Assembly (NCBI GenBank): GCA_018396405.1
Contig: JAGTQD010000002.1
Location: 4,316-68,315 of the forward strand
From: Candidatus Bathyarchaeota archaeon
Lineage (GTDB): Archaea; Thermoproteota; Bathyarchaeia; Bathyarchaeales; DTEX01
Reading direction: 5' to 3'
Length of the DNA: 64,000 bases
Position numbers and translations under genes: made by a program. Positions 8,420-17,732 of the stretch are shown here, piece after piece; position 1 is the stretch's first letter, and each line of letters starts with the position of its first letter. Below the pieces are notes generated by a model, which had not been told where the DNA came from, did no database searches, and was given only the letters and a program-made list of their open reading frames with translations.

Positions 8420-9144
8420 TTGCCAGCCCTACCGCGAAGATATTCTAGAATAAGGCGTTTAGCCTCGTATACGCCTAAAACCTTTCTTGGAAAACCGAAG
8501 TCATTAAGTCTTATGAATACTTGGGTTATCTCTGGCGGCATTAAAGACGCCTCCTTCACCAAAGTCGGATCAGTGAGCACTTCCCTAGCCTCCCCATCAG
8601 CGATTATCCTGCCATTAGCCATCAAAATAACCCTTGGCTCACACTCGGCAACAAACTCTATATCATGAGTCACAACTATCACAGTTTTACCCTGCTGGTT
8701 TAACTGGATTATAAAGTGTCGGAGCCTTTCCTTCTGATATGCATCCTGCCCTATCGTCGGCTCGTCGAGTATTAGTATTTTTGGATCCCACGCTAGAACA
8801 GAGGCCAAAGCAACCCTCTTCCTCTCCCCGCCGCTGAGCATGAATGGCGAAGTTTTACGATAACGTGTTAAATCTAATAGATTGAGCGCCCAATCAACCC
8901 TCTCTTTAATAGTCTTTTCACTAAATCCAAAGTTTCTTAATGCGAAAGCAATCTCTTCTTCAACTGTCTCGCTGAAGAGCTGATGATCCGGATTTTGGAA
9001 TACAAAGCCCACTTTCCTAGCGAGCTCGGCGACACTAGCGTTCCTCGTATCAACCCCATCCACTAGAACCCTTCCCCTGGTAGGCCTTAATAAACCAATA
9101 AAATGTTTAACTAATGTTGTTTTTCCAGCCCCATTTTGTCCCAT
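8416..9144 (-). CDS. ecfA: ECF transporter ATPase (second ATPase domain); the true 5' end is upstream of the listed Met
   Basis: The track ORF starts inside the Walker A motif (MGQNGAGKTT). The same frame stays open up to 9261 and encodes LIRAEDVYFIYPNGVEALRGVSLSISDGEFVAI, the missing ABC N-terminus, with no ATG/GTG/TTG. Also present: LSGGERKRV signature and ILILDEPT Walker B. Confidence 0.8.
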   Translation of the reverse strand: MGQNGAGKTTLVKHFIGLLRPTRGRVLVDGVDTRNASVAELARKVGFVFQNPDHQLFSETVEEEIAFALRNFGFSEKTIKERVDWALNLLDLTRYRKTSPFMLSGGERKRVALASVLAWDPKILILDEPTIGQDAYQKERLRHFIIQLNQQGKTVIVVTHDIEFVAECEPRVILMANGRIIADGEAREVLTDPTLVKEASLMPPEITQVFIRLNDFGFPRKVLGVYEAKRLILEYLRGRAGK

Positions 9145-9229
9145 TATCGCAACGAATTCCCCATCTGAGATGCTGAGAGAGACGCCTCTTAGGGCCTCAA
9201 CGCCGTTAGGGTATATAAAATAGACATCT

Positions 9230-10084
9230 TCAGCTCTTATCAGATTTAAGCACCCCCACGATCAGGTCAGAGAGCTCTTCTGGGCTTAATGGAGTCCTGC
9301 CAAGATCAACATTATCTTCCCTCAATAAAAGATAGAGCCTAACAACTTTTGGCAATCCAACACCGATTAATTTAACCCTAGCGTCAAGAAAGACCTCTCT
9401 GGGACTGTTATCTAAAATTATGCGGCCCTGATCCATAATAATGACGCGATTAGCGTATCTCACGGCTAAATCCAGCCTATGCTCAACAAGTATAACCGTT
9501 ATTCCCAGCTCCCTATTTAACTGATATATACTTTCTAAGATACTCTTGGCGCTTAGTGGATCAAGAAAAGATGTTGGCTCATCCAGAACAATTATCTCGG
9601 GCTGCATTGCAAGAACCGACGCTATAGCAACACGCTGTTGTTGTCCACCAGAGAGCTCGAAGGGGGCTCTATCCTTCAAATCATATATGCCAGTAACCCT
9701 TAATGCCCAATCAACCCTCCTGTGAATCTCCTCTCTAGGGAGACCGAGATTCTCTAGCCCGAAGGCCACATCCTTCTCTACCGTGAGAGCAAACAGCTGG
9801 TTCTCCGGGTTCTGGAAGACTAATCCAACATGTTTTGCCAGCTCATAAATAGGGTGCTCCCGCGTATTTAATCCAGCGACTATCACATCACCCTCAAGAT
9901 TACCGCCATAAAAATGTGGTATAAGTCCATTAAAGCACCTGCAAAGCGTGGTTTTTCCACATCCACTTGGGCCAGTAATTATGACAAACTCTCCTTTCTC
10001 AATGGTTAGGTTTATATCTTTAATAGCAGGGTTCTCAGCGAAGGGATATGTATACGTCAGGTTTCTCGTTTCAAGTATTGCCAA
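9230..10084 (-). CDS. ecfA: ECF transporter ATPase (first ATPase domain)
   Basis: GPSGCGKTT Walker A, LSGGQQQRVAIA signature and IIVLDEPTSFLD Walker B. 284 aa. Confidence 0.85.
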   Translation of the reverse strand: MAILETRNLTYTYPFAENPAIKDINLTIEKGEFVIITGPSGCGKTTLCRCFNGLIPHFYGGNLEGDVIVAGLNTREHPIYELAKHVGLVFQNPENQLFALTVEKDVAFGLENLGLPREEIHRRVDWALRVTGIYDLKDRAPFELSGGQQQRVAIASVLAMQPEIIVLDEPTSFLDPLSAKSILESIYQLNRELGITVILVEHRLDLAVRYANRVIIMDQGRIILDNSPREVFLDARVKLIGVGLPKVVRLYLLLREDNVDLGRTPLSPEELSDLIVGVLKSDKS

Positions 10085-10227
10085 GGTATAGTTACACCTT
10101 AACTACCCCTACCTTTACTTAAAGTCATATGAAGAACATAGTAATTAAGCTTCTTACATAAATCTCTAAATTATTTATATGTTGAAAGCGGCGGAAACAA
10201 TTTTAAATTCTTCATAGCATATAGTTG

Positions 10228-11229
10228 ATGGTCATCCCTTTGAGGATTAAATGGAAGAATGGACTATCCATAGAATATAAAGGAAATAGAGTAGTCTTCG
10301 ATGCGCAATCTAGGATACTAAATTGTAAAGTCTCATTTGTAACTCATGCACACACAGACCATTCATACTCCTTCAGACTTAATCATATACCAGTAATCTC
10401 CTCCGAGGAAACTATGAGGTTAATCTCAATAGAAGGAGCTAAGACAAGAAAATGGCAACCATTAACAGTGAATGAAAAAGTTAAGATCGGCGACTTAGAG
10501 GTGATACCGCATCCATCCGGCCATATCCTCGGCTCATATGAATTTGAGGTATGCACACCTCATGGGGTAGTTCTATTCACGGGTGATCTTAATACTAGGG
10601 AGGGAAGAATTGTGAAGCCAGCTGAACCAATAAGATGTGATGTGCTGATTATAGAGGCGACATACGGATCTCCAGAATTCATATTTCCATCAGATAGAGA
10701 GGTTGGTGATGAGATGATTAGATGGGCATACAAGGTTTTAGGCGAAAATAAGATTCCAGTATTTCAGGCAGATGCCATTGGAAATTCCCAGGAAATCATA
10801 AGAATTTTTAACGAGAACACAAATATGCCGGTTATATCACATTGGAGGGTTTCAAAAGTCAATAAGGTTTACGAACATTATGGTCATAAAATAAAGTATA
10901 TTGATATTAACTCGGGGGAAGCTTCCGAGGTAATCTCCTCAGCAAACACCGTGATTGTATCTCCAAAGAAGCTGGACTTGCCTTCTAATCATAGGTTTGT
11001 TTCGGCGATAGTTTCAGGGTGGGCCCTTAAATTTAGGGGTGCAGCCTTCCCCCTAAGCGATCACGCAGACTTCCCCAGCCTACTAAATTTCATCAGAGAT
11101 TGCAGCCCAAAAATAGTCTTAACATATCATGGCGGCGCATTCAATGAAATCCTGGCAAAATACATTGAGAAGAAAATGGGGATAAAATCTTACCCAGCTA
11201 ATCTTACACCAATAACCTTCCCAATTTAA
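10228..11229 (+). CDS. Beta-CASP family metallo-beta-lactamase-fold nuclease (function unassigned)
   Basis: HAHTDH (HxHxDH), SGHILGS, FTGD, IIEATYG (motif A), LSDHAD (motif B) and TYHGG (motif C). An ATG at 10228 directly follows the TTG at 10225. Confidence 0.7.
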   Translation: MVIPLRIKWKNGLSIEYKGNRVVFDAQSRILNCKVSFVTHAHTDHSYSFRLNHIPVISSEETMRLISIEGAKTRKWQPLTVNEKVKIGDLEVIPHPSGHILGSYEFEVCTPHGVVLFTGDLNTREGRIVKPAEPIRCDVLIIEATYGSPEFIFPSDREVGDEMIRWAYKVLGENKIPVFQADAIGNSQEIIRIFNENTNMPVISHWRVSKVNKVYEHYGHKIKYIDINSGEASEVISSANTVIVSPKKLDLPSNHRFVSAIVSGWALKFRGAAFPLSDHADFPSLLNFIRDCSPKIVLTYHGGAFNEILAKYIEKKMGIKSYPANLTPITFPI

Positions 11230-11253
11230 AGGCAAAAAATTATAATCTAGGCT

Positions 11254-12270
11254 TTATTGGCGCTGGCAGCCTTTTAGCTTCTCCTTAAGTATTTTAATGG
11301 CATATTTAAAGGCTGTTTCAAGGTCTCCGGTTCCATTAACCCCCGCAGACGTTGTATGCCCGCCGCCCATGCCATGAAGAAGCTCGCCGAGCGGCTTCGC
11401 TATATCTCTGCCAAGATGTATACCAGTTTTATTATAGAATTCATTGCTAGATCTCATGCTAATCAATAACTCACCCTTATCCTCTGAGCCAACGATGGCG
11501 ACATCCGCGCCAACATCAACAAGCATCCTTGCAGCCGAAGCCTGAAAGGATCCAACATGGGAGAAGGCTATGATCCAACCATAAATCCTCATCGTTTTCA
11601 TCCTTTTACATGCCTTAAGCCTAGCTATGCGCTCCGAAATATCCATTGGCACCATCAAGATTTGTAGTGCTTCTTGAACGTTTACTCCCAATTCCACGAT
11701 CTCCGTGATTACTTTAAAAGTGGATGATCTAGCTAAGAGAAAATGCCTAGTGTCGAAAGCTATCCCTAAGAGCAGAGCCTCAGCTACATCCTTTGAGGGT
11801 TTACTTCCAGCCTCTTTAAATAGATCATAAATTATCTCGGATGTAGCCGAAACATCCTCTCTGCATATACATAGAGACGCTATCTTCTCAGTTTCTGGGT
11901 GAGGCGCGTGATGATCGATCACAATTAGGGGTAGCGATAACTCGCATATACGTTTACCCCACTCACCCAGCTGGCGTATGGTATTAGTATCTAACATAAA
12001 GATTACATCAAATTTATTAAAGTCAGGCTCACTGTTAGTAACGTCCACCAAGAATCTTTCTAAAATAGCCTTTGAAACCTTACTCACACTTTCTGGCGCG
12101 GCTATCGTGACCTCTATGCTTGGCTTAAACTGTTTCAGTAAGTTAGAGAGGGCATACGACGAGCATACAGCATCGGGGTCAGCGTTCTTGTGACATAGAA
12201 TGAGAATGCGCCCCGCATTTCTCTCCTCAAGGATATTCATTATCTCTCTAAAAAAGTCCATTTGCCTCAT
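11254..12270 (-). CDS. DHH/DHHA1 family phosphoesterase (NrnA/RecJ-like)
   Basis: Motifs HKNADPDAVCSS, FMLDT, VIDHHAPH and GGGHTTSAG. Confidence 0.8.
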   Translation of the reverse strand: MRQMDFFREIMNILEERNAGRILILCHKNADPDAVCSSYALSNLLKQFKPSIEVTIAAPESVSKVSKAILERFLVDVTNSEPDFNKFDVIFMLDTNTIRQLGEWGKRICELSLPLIVIDHHAPHPETEKIASLCICREDVSATSEIIYDLFKEAGSKPSKDVAEALLLGIAFDTRHFLLARSSTFKVITEIVELGVNVQEALQILMVPMDISERIARLKACKRMKTMRIYGWIIAFSHVGSFQASAARMLVDVGADVAIVGSEDKGELLISMRSSNEFYNKTGIHLGRDIAKPLGELLHGMGGGHTTSAGVNGTGDLETAFKYAIKILKEKLKGCQRQ

Positions 12271-12273
12271 TCC

Positions 12274-12594
12274 CTAATTCTCTGAGGTTTTCTCAGACCT
12301 AATCTTACTAAGATACTTTTCAATGGCCTCAAATGCCGCCTTTATAGAGCCATTCGCAATCTCCTGAACATCAACATTCTTGCAGAGGGGAGAAAGATTT
12401 ATCTCGACTTCGATGCTAACGTTTAAGACATCAAGACTCTCTAAATCAATAGAAATATATAGGTCTGAAACATACTCCCTCTTAACCTTAGAAAATATAT
12501 ATCTTCTTGCAGCCTCCTCAGCTACCTCACAAATCTCCTCCAGCTTTTCATAAGTTAAAGAGGAAATCGGCAGCCCGTCCAAGCATGGCACCAC
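12274..12594 (-). CDS. Small conserved-looking archaeal protein of unknown function (possibly DUF3194-like)
   Basis: 106-aa acidic ORF packed between the prefoldin beta gene and the DHH phosphoesterase gene. No motif recognised; the family guess rests on size and neighbourhood only. Confidence 0.35.
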   Translation of the reverse strand: MVPCLDGLPISSLTYEKLEEICEVAEEAARRYIFSKVKREYVSDLYISIDLESLDVLNVSIEVEINLSPLCKNVDVQEIANGSIKAAFEAIEKYLSKIRSEKTSEN

Positions 12595-12608
12595 GGTTAG
12601 CGTGAGGT

Positions 12609-12971
12609 TTAGGCTTGCGTCATTGGGCGCAGGTCTTTCTGGAGTTTTTCCTGAAGCTCCTTTATTTGGCTTCTAAGTCTCTCCTCCTGCTTAGTTAAAA
12701 CTGAAACCCTCATCGTAGCAAGCTCTTTCCTCTCAGTAAGCTCGCTAGTAATTCTAGCCTTATCCGTCTTAATTAACAATGAGCCAATAGACTTATAGAT
12801 CACAGCGTCATCAGGTGCTTTCTCAAGCTCACTAAGCGCCCTATCAATCTCAAGAATTTCTAGATCTAGCTGCTGCTTCTGCGTTAAAATTGTTTGCAAT
12901 GTCTCCTGTAGCTGTTGTAGTCTGAGGAGTCTCTCTTGGACAGCTGGCGGTAATTGGACTTCACCACTCAT
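12609..12971 (-). CDS. pfdB: Prefoldin beta subunit
   Basis: 120 aa with two heptad coiled-coil arms flanking a central beta-hairpin region (VIYKSIGSLLIKTDK). Confidence 0.8.
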   Translation of the reverse strand: MSGEVQLPPAVQERLLRLQQLQETLQTILTQKQQLDLEILEIDRALSELEKAPDDAVIYKSIGSLLIKTDKARITSELTERKELATMRVSVLTKQEERLRSQIKELQEKLQKDLRPMTQA

Positions 12972-13051
12972 CTTCTATCACCACTACAATCTAAATAATC
13001 CAATTTAATATTTGAGTTGATGCAATTAAAGGTTTCCAAAAGGGCATTAAC

Positions 13052-14407
13052 TTATAATGCCGAGCACTTTGCCCAAAAATCTTCTGGCTGTATTATTCTA
13101 AATCCAGCCCACTTTTTCTCTAAATTGTATCGTGAGAATGGTTTCGTCAAATGTCTCTCTGATCTCGGCGGCGCAATATATAAGCCTGGTCTAATATCCC
13201 TCTCAGCCTTAACAGCTACCTTTGTAAGGTTTGCTCCATGAAAACCACACTTATAACATTCAAATCCCTTACCCTTCCCCATAGATTTCATCCTTTTGCC
13301 GCAGACTGGGCAGAGCGGGTTCTGAAAAACTATTTTCTCAGCGAGGCTGATAACCTCAATCTTCTCAACATTTATTGTCATGGGATTAATGCTTGAGGGT
13401 GGTCGGACGCCACCATAAATCTTAACTATATCACCCTCGATTAGCTCACTAGCTATTTTTCTGAGGCTCCCTCCCTGCTCATACACCGCGCAGTCTACTG
13501 CTCCAGAATCATCCTTAATACGGAATATTACATGCCCGCCAGGAATAATCCTCGGCGTGCCCTCAACTCTCCCCTGAACTATTACTGGATGATATGGCTT
13601 AACATCCTTTATCGAGTAGACGGTTTTTAGGTGCGCATCTGTCCCATGATTCGTCCTGAAAATAACCCATCGATCTATCGGCTCATATATACGGATCATT
13701 TCATGCGCCAATTTAACTGCCTCAGGACTCTCCCCCCTAATACCATAGAGCACAGGATCCGGTCCTCTAGGCGTTATTAGTATTCTACCAGTTTCTGGAT
13801 CAACATTATTGAATGTTAGATTGCCCATCTTTCTATCCATCTCTATAACAGATGACTCATCAATCTTTCTGGGAGTCCCCCAATTCTCCCTCCTTCTATA
13901 GGCTATTAGCTCAAAAGTATGGTCTCCATCTAAAGTTTCACCTATAGCGGCGAGACCACCGATTATGCCGAGCCCCTCTTTATAGCCGATAGCCTCAGCC
14001 CCAAATCTCCTGATCAGTTTGAGAGCCTCTCCTTTTCCCACTATTCCCTGAATAGTCCTCTTGGCAAAGTCTCTAATCTCCTGCGGAACCTCACCTCGCA
14101 GAAAAACTATTCCTGGATCCGTTCCTTCATATTCGAGGTCAGAGTTTTCTTCCACAACTTCGATCACCGCCTCCTTTATATCACTGTAGATGCTATCCTC
14201 ACATGAGACCCTCAGGCAGAGTGCACCATTCCCGCGGGTCTTCCAAGGAACGTTCGGATTTAATCTAATTAAGTTTGGGTAATCGATAAATTGAACGTTC
14301 ATCTCGGACAACTTCTCAATTATAAGTGCCGCAACATATGTTGTACACCCCATCCTAGGCGAGTCAGTGTCATCAAAACCTATATGCACCATGATCCTAG
14401 CGCACAT
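13052..14407 (-). CDS. tiaS: tRNA(Ile2) 2-agmatinylcytidine synthetase TiaS
   Basis: N-terminal HIGFDDTDSPRMGCTTY, which is TiaS-typical, and a C-terminal Zn ribbon CPVCGKRM..CYKCG. ~450 aa. Confidence 0.8.
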   Translation of the reverse strand: MCARIMVHIGFDDTDSPRMGCTTYVAALIIEKLSEMNVQFIDYPNLIRLNPNVPWKTRGNGALCLRVSCEDSIYSDIKEAVIEVVEENSDLEYEGTDPGIVFLRGEVPQEIRDFAKRTIQGIVGKGEALKLIRRFGAEAIGYKEGLGIIGGLAAIGETLDGDHTFELIAYRRRENWGTPRKIDESSVIEMDRKMGNLTFNNVDPETGRILITPRGPDPVLYGIRGESPEAVKLAHEMIRIYEPIDRWVIFRTNHGTDAHLKTVYSIKDVKPYHPVIVQGRVEGTPRIIPGGHVIFRIKDDSGAVDCAVYEQGGSLRKIASELIEGDIVKIYGGVRPPSSINPMTINVEKIEVISLAEKIVFQNPLCPVCGKRMKSMGKGKGFECYKCGFHGANLTKVAVKAERDIRPGLYIAPPRSERHLTKPFSRYNLEKKWAGFRIIQPEDFWAKCSAL

Positions 14408-14421
14408 TTAATAATTAACCT

Positions 14422-14820
14422 CTAAGAAATCTCCTTTTTGAAGATTGTTCGTGAGAATAATATAAGCACAGTGAGCGCCGCCGCTATAACTGCTAGTATA
14501 TAGTCTCCGATGCCTAATGCTAAGCCTATCGCCGAGGTCACCCAGAGGCTGGCTGCAGTAGTTATCCCCACAATTTTCTCCCGCTCGGCAATTATCGCCC
14601 CAGCACCTATAAAACCGATTCCAGCAACTATGCCAGCAGCTATCCTGGCTGGATCCAAGCTGAATCTAAGAGAGACTATTGTGAAGAGACAGGATCCTAA
14701 GCAGACAAGCATATGCGTTCTTAGGCCGGCTGGTTTATGAGCCCTCTCCCTCTCAAACCCAATAGCCAACCCCAGGATAACCGCCAAAATTAGACGAATA
14801 ATTTGATCTATTAGACTCAT
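14422..14820 (-). CDS. MgtC/SapB family membrane protein (membrane domain only)
   Basis: GFERERAHKPAGLRTHMLVCLGS motif and 4 hydrophobic segments. 132 aa. Confidence 0.75.
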   Translation of the reverse strand: MSLIDQIIRLILAVILGLAIGFERERAHKPAGLRTHMLVCLGSCLFTIVSLRFSLDPARIAAGIVAGIGFIGAGAIIAEREKIVGITTAASLWVTSAIGLALGIGDYILAVIAAALTVLILFSRTIFKKEIS

Positions 14821-15023
14821 ATTAATAACATCCTCTTAACACCAAAAAATACTTAGCGTTTCATCACCTCTCACGTTTCCAAAAAATAAAGAGGGGTGGG
14901 TAACATTAATATACTCTTTTAATGAAAGTTTATTTTTGGCCGGATGAAGAGAAGGCATTTAATTGATTGATGATAGGTCAGAGTTAAACTGACGGCAAAT
15001 AAATTTTGATTTCACCACGCAGT

Positions 15024-15269
15024 TTATTCTCTCTTCATTTCCTCGATGACTATCATTGTTAATGTTGACCTGACCTTATTTAATCTACGAATTTTCCATG
15101 TAACTATATCCTTAAGTTTCTCCATAGAGTCGGCCTTAACCTTGGCAACTATGTCATAAACTCCATAAACACTATAAGCTTCTTCGACACCTTCAACCTT
15201 TTTAAGCTCATTTAAGACTTCTCCTTCTGATCCAATCTCAGAATTTATTAATACAAAGGCTACTGGCAT
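15024..15269 (-). CDS. Stand-alone Lrp/AsnC ligand-binding (RAM) domain protein
   Basis: 81 aa. The EGVEEAYSVYGVYDIVAKVKADSMEKL pattern is typical of AsnC-type RAM domains, and there is no HTH. Confidence 0.7.
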   Translation of the reverse strand: MPVAFVLINSEIGSEGEVLNELKKVEGVEEAYSVYGVYDIVAKVKADSMEKLKDIVTWKIRRLNKVRSTLTMIVIEEMKRE

Positions 15270-15344
15270 CCCAGTCCCTCAACACTATATAGAAAACTTA
15301 TAATATTAAAGCCTTTCCTTAATTTCTGGTAAGGAGGACTCTTA

Positions 15345-16877
15345 ATGGCCGTAGCCAATGAAAAGGTTATAACAACCAAAGAGATGCGTGCGCTAGACAT
15401 AAATGCTGAATACTTCGGCATCTCTAGACTCCAGCTGATGGAGAATGCTGGGAGGTGCGTTGCTGAGGAGGTAGCGTCCCGCGCTGGGCAACGTGATATT
15501 AGAATTGCCGCCTTCTGCGGTCTTGGTGGAAACGGGGGGGATGGATTTGTCGCAGCTCGCCATCTGATTTGTATGGGATTTAAAGTTAATGTTATACTTG
15601 CTGGCAGGGCGTCAGATATAGTCAATGAGGAGGCGAGAAAAAACTGGGAGGCTTTAAGCAGCCTCCACAGGCTACTTAATATCATTGAAGTTTACGATTC
15701 ATCGCTTATCCCAGATGTTAAAGCAGACATTGTAATAGACGCTCTCCTAGGGATAGGTTTAGAGAGACCCCCACGCCCGCCAATATCCTGGCTTATAAGG
15801 AAAATTAATGAGATGGATTCTTATCGGGTTGCAGTTGATGTCCCAAGTGGACTAAACTCAGAGACAGGGGAGGTCTTAGGCGAGGCTGTTAAAGCTCACT
15901 TAACAGTCACATTCCATAAGGCTAAGCCAGGATTGTTAAAGGCGAAAGAATACGTGGGCGAGTTAATTGTCAGGTCAATTGGGATCCCGGAGGAGATAGA
16001 GACATTTGCTGGGCCGGGCGATGTTTTAATGGTCGTAAAGCCCAGGCCCCCAGAGGCTCATAAAGGGGACTTCGGCCGACTCCTCGTGATTGGTGGCAGC
16101 GAAACCTTTAGTGGGGCACCAACCCTAGCGGCTTTAGCAGCATTGAGGGCTGGGGTAGACTTAGTTTATATAGCTGCTCCACGCGAGACCGCATATGCTA
16201 TTTCCTCAATATCACCAGACATAATAACACTTAAGCTTGAAGGCGATCATTTAAGCACACGAAATCTCTCAGTGATAAGAAGCTACATGGAAAGAGCCAC
16301 GGCTATTGTGCTTGGTCCAGGTTTAGGTCTCCATAAAGAAACGCAGGAGGCTGTTAAAGAGATAATAGAGGAGGCTGAGAGCAAGAAGATTCCAATTTTG
16401 CTGGATGCCGATGGACTCAAGGCTTTCGCAACCTTTAAACATAGTCTTAAAACGTCCGCTGTTCTAACACCACACGTTGGCGAATACGCAATTCTAACTG
16501 GAGAAAAGTTGCCAAGTAAACCTGAGGAGAGAGCTGAATACATAAAAAGACAGGCTAAGCAACTTAATGCGGTTATACTATTAAAGTCACATGTAGATAT
16601 AATTTCAGATGGCACTAGAGTAAAATTTAATTTTACCGGGAACCCAGGTATGACCGTTGGTGGCACAGGGGACGTTCTTTCCGGGATAGTTGGCGCTTTT
16701 CTGGCGCAGGGTTTTGATCCCTTTGAGGCAGCTGTAGCCGGAGCGTTTATTAACGGTGCTGCTGGGGACTTCGTGAAGAGTGAGAAGGGCTATCATATGG
16801 TTGCTTCAGACCTGCTTGAATGGATCCCCAAAGTGATGAATGATCCTATGAGTCACATTAAAGTAAAGGGGGCTTAA
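15345..16877 (+). CDS. nnr: Bifunctional NAD(P)H-hydrate repair enzyme Nnr (epimerase + ADP-dependent dehydratase)
   Basis: N-terminal YjeF_N domain (GLGGNGGDG) fused to a carbohydrate-kinase-like domain (GTGDVLSG). 510 aa. Confidence 0.85.
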   Translation: MAVANEKVITTKEMRALDINAEYFGISRLQLMENAGRCVAEEVASRAGQRDIRIAAFCGLGGNGGDGFVAARHLICMGFKVNVILAGRASDIVNEEARKNWEALSSLHRLLNIIEVYDSSLIPDVKADIVIDALLGIGLERPPRPPISWLIRKINEMDSYRVAVDVPSGLNSETGEVLGEAVKAHLTVTFHKAKPGLLKAKEYVGELIVRSIGIPEEIETFAGPGDVLMVVKPRPPEAHKGDFGRLLVIGGSETFSGAPTLAALAALRAGVDLVYIAAPRETAYAISSISPDIITLKLEGDHLSTRNLSVIRSYMERATAIVLGPGLGLHKETQEAVKEIIEEAESKKIPILLDADGLKAFATFKHSLKTSAVLTPHVGEYAILTGEKLPSKPEERAEYIKRQAKQLNAVILLKSHVDIISDGTRVKFNFTGNPGMTVGGTGDVLSGIVGAFLAQGFDPFEAAVAGAFINGAAGDFVKSEKGYHMVASDLLEWIPKVMNDPMSHIKVKGA

Positions 16878-16895
16878 ACGGCTGAGGTTTTTGGT

Positions 16896-17723
16896 TTGAT
16901 AGAGGTTAATCTTCTCCTCCCCCTTTCGCTCTTCGTTGTGATCGCCCTATCTATCTCCTCATATAGAAAGGTTGGGAAGAGATTAAAAGAAGCCTTTGGA
17001 GACAAAAAGATTAGTATACGTGAAGCAATAATCATGGTTATTTTTATGGGGATCCTCGTCGTAGTGATTAGTCTGATACCGGATTACGCTATCCAAATAT
17101 TATTCATCGCAGTCTTATCATATAGCCTTTTCATCTTCACATATCTCTTCTTAAGGAAAATACTCATATCGGTTATTCCACCCACAATATTTACAATAAC
17201 TTTTATGTTGCTAAACTATTTTCTGATGGATAACATTTTAGCAGTCATCCTCATCACAAATATCTTCTCAGCGACATTTGCGATCATTATTACGACTCTC
17301 ATAGGCCCCTTATTTTCGTGGAGGGTGATTATAGCCTTTGCAGCGCTATTGACGGCGATGGACATTATTCATGTTTTCATAACGGGTTATATGGTTGAAG
17401 CTGCTGGCAGGGCGATTAGACTCGGCTTACCCCTAATGTTCCTGCTTCCAAGGCTCCCTTCCATGAGGGGAGTTACGGTGCTCGGTTTAGGCGATGTATT
17501 CCTATCAGGTCTCTTCTCAATCCAAATGACATCCAAATATAGTCTTAGAGCAGGTCTTTTAACGGCAGCATCAATAAGCATGGTCTTCCTAGTCTTCGAT
17601 GTAATAGTATCAAACTTCATACAAAATGCTGGAGCCTTCCCAGCAACTCTATTAGTTTTATTAGGCTGGTCTCTGGGAATGATCCCACATATTCTTAAGA
17701 GGAAAGAAAAGAAAGTTGCATAA
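16896..17723 (+). CDS. Presenilin/signal-peptide-peptidase-like intramembrane aspartyl protease (GxGD type)
   Basis: Polytopic 275-aa protein with TAMDIIHVF (first Asp), VLGLGDVFLSG (GxGD) and a PAL-like FPATLLV. TTG start. Confidence 0.65.
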   Translation: MIEVNLLLPLSLFVVIALSISSYRKVGKRLKEAFGDKKISIREAIIMVIFMGILVVVISLIPDYAIQILFIAVLSYSLFIFTYLFLRKILISVIPPTIFTITFMLLNYFLMDNILAVILITNIFSATFAIIITTLIGPLFSWRVIIAFAALLTAMDIIHVFITGYMVEAAGRAIRLGLPLMFLLPRLPSMRGVTVLGLGDVFLSGLFSIQMTSKYSLRAGLLTAASISMVFLVFDVIVSNFIQNAGAFPATLLVLLGWSLGMIPHILKRKEKKVA

Positions 17724-17732
17724 AATACTGCT

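Noticed and set aside
14960-15005. Possible C/D-box sRNA (TGATGA ... CTGA on the plus strand; GTGGTGA ... CTGA on the minus strand) in the MgtC/AsnC spacer
   Set aside because: Only one box pair is found on either strand. Spacing (15 nt, or 31 nt) does not fit the C-D'-C'-D architecture. There is no terminal stem or second guide, so chance occurrence is likely.
15260-15685. 141-aa minus-strand ORF, plus similar long antisense ORFs at 19599-20168, 30026-30520, 32327-32812, 36685-37167, 46087-46566, 54054-54545, 60786-61184, 27476-27853, 28133-28447, 58146-58466 and elsewhere
   Set aside because: Each lies entirely inside, and antisense to, a gene with strong motif support. Their S/P/L/R-rich, low-complexity composition is typical of shadow frames, and they contain no recognisable motifs.
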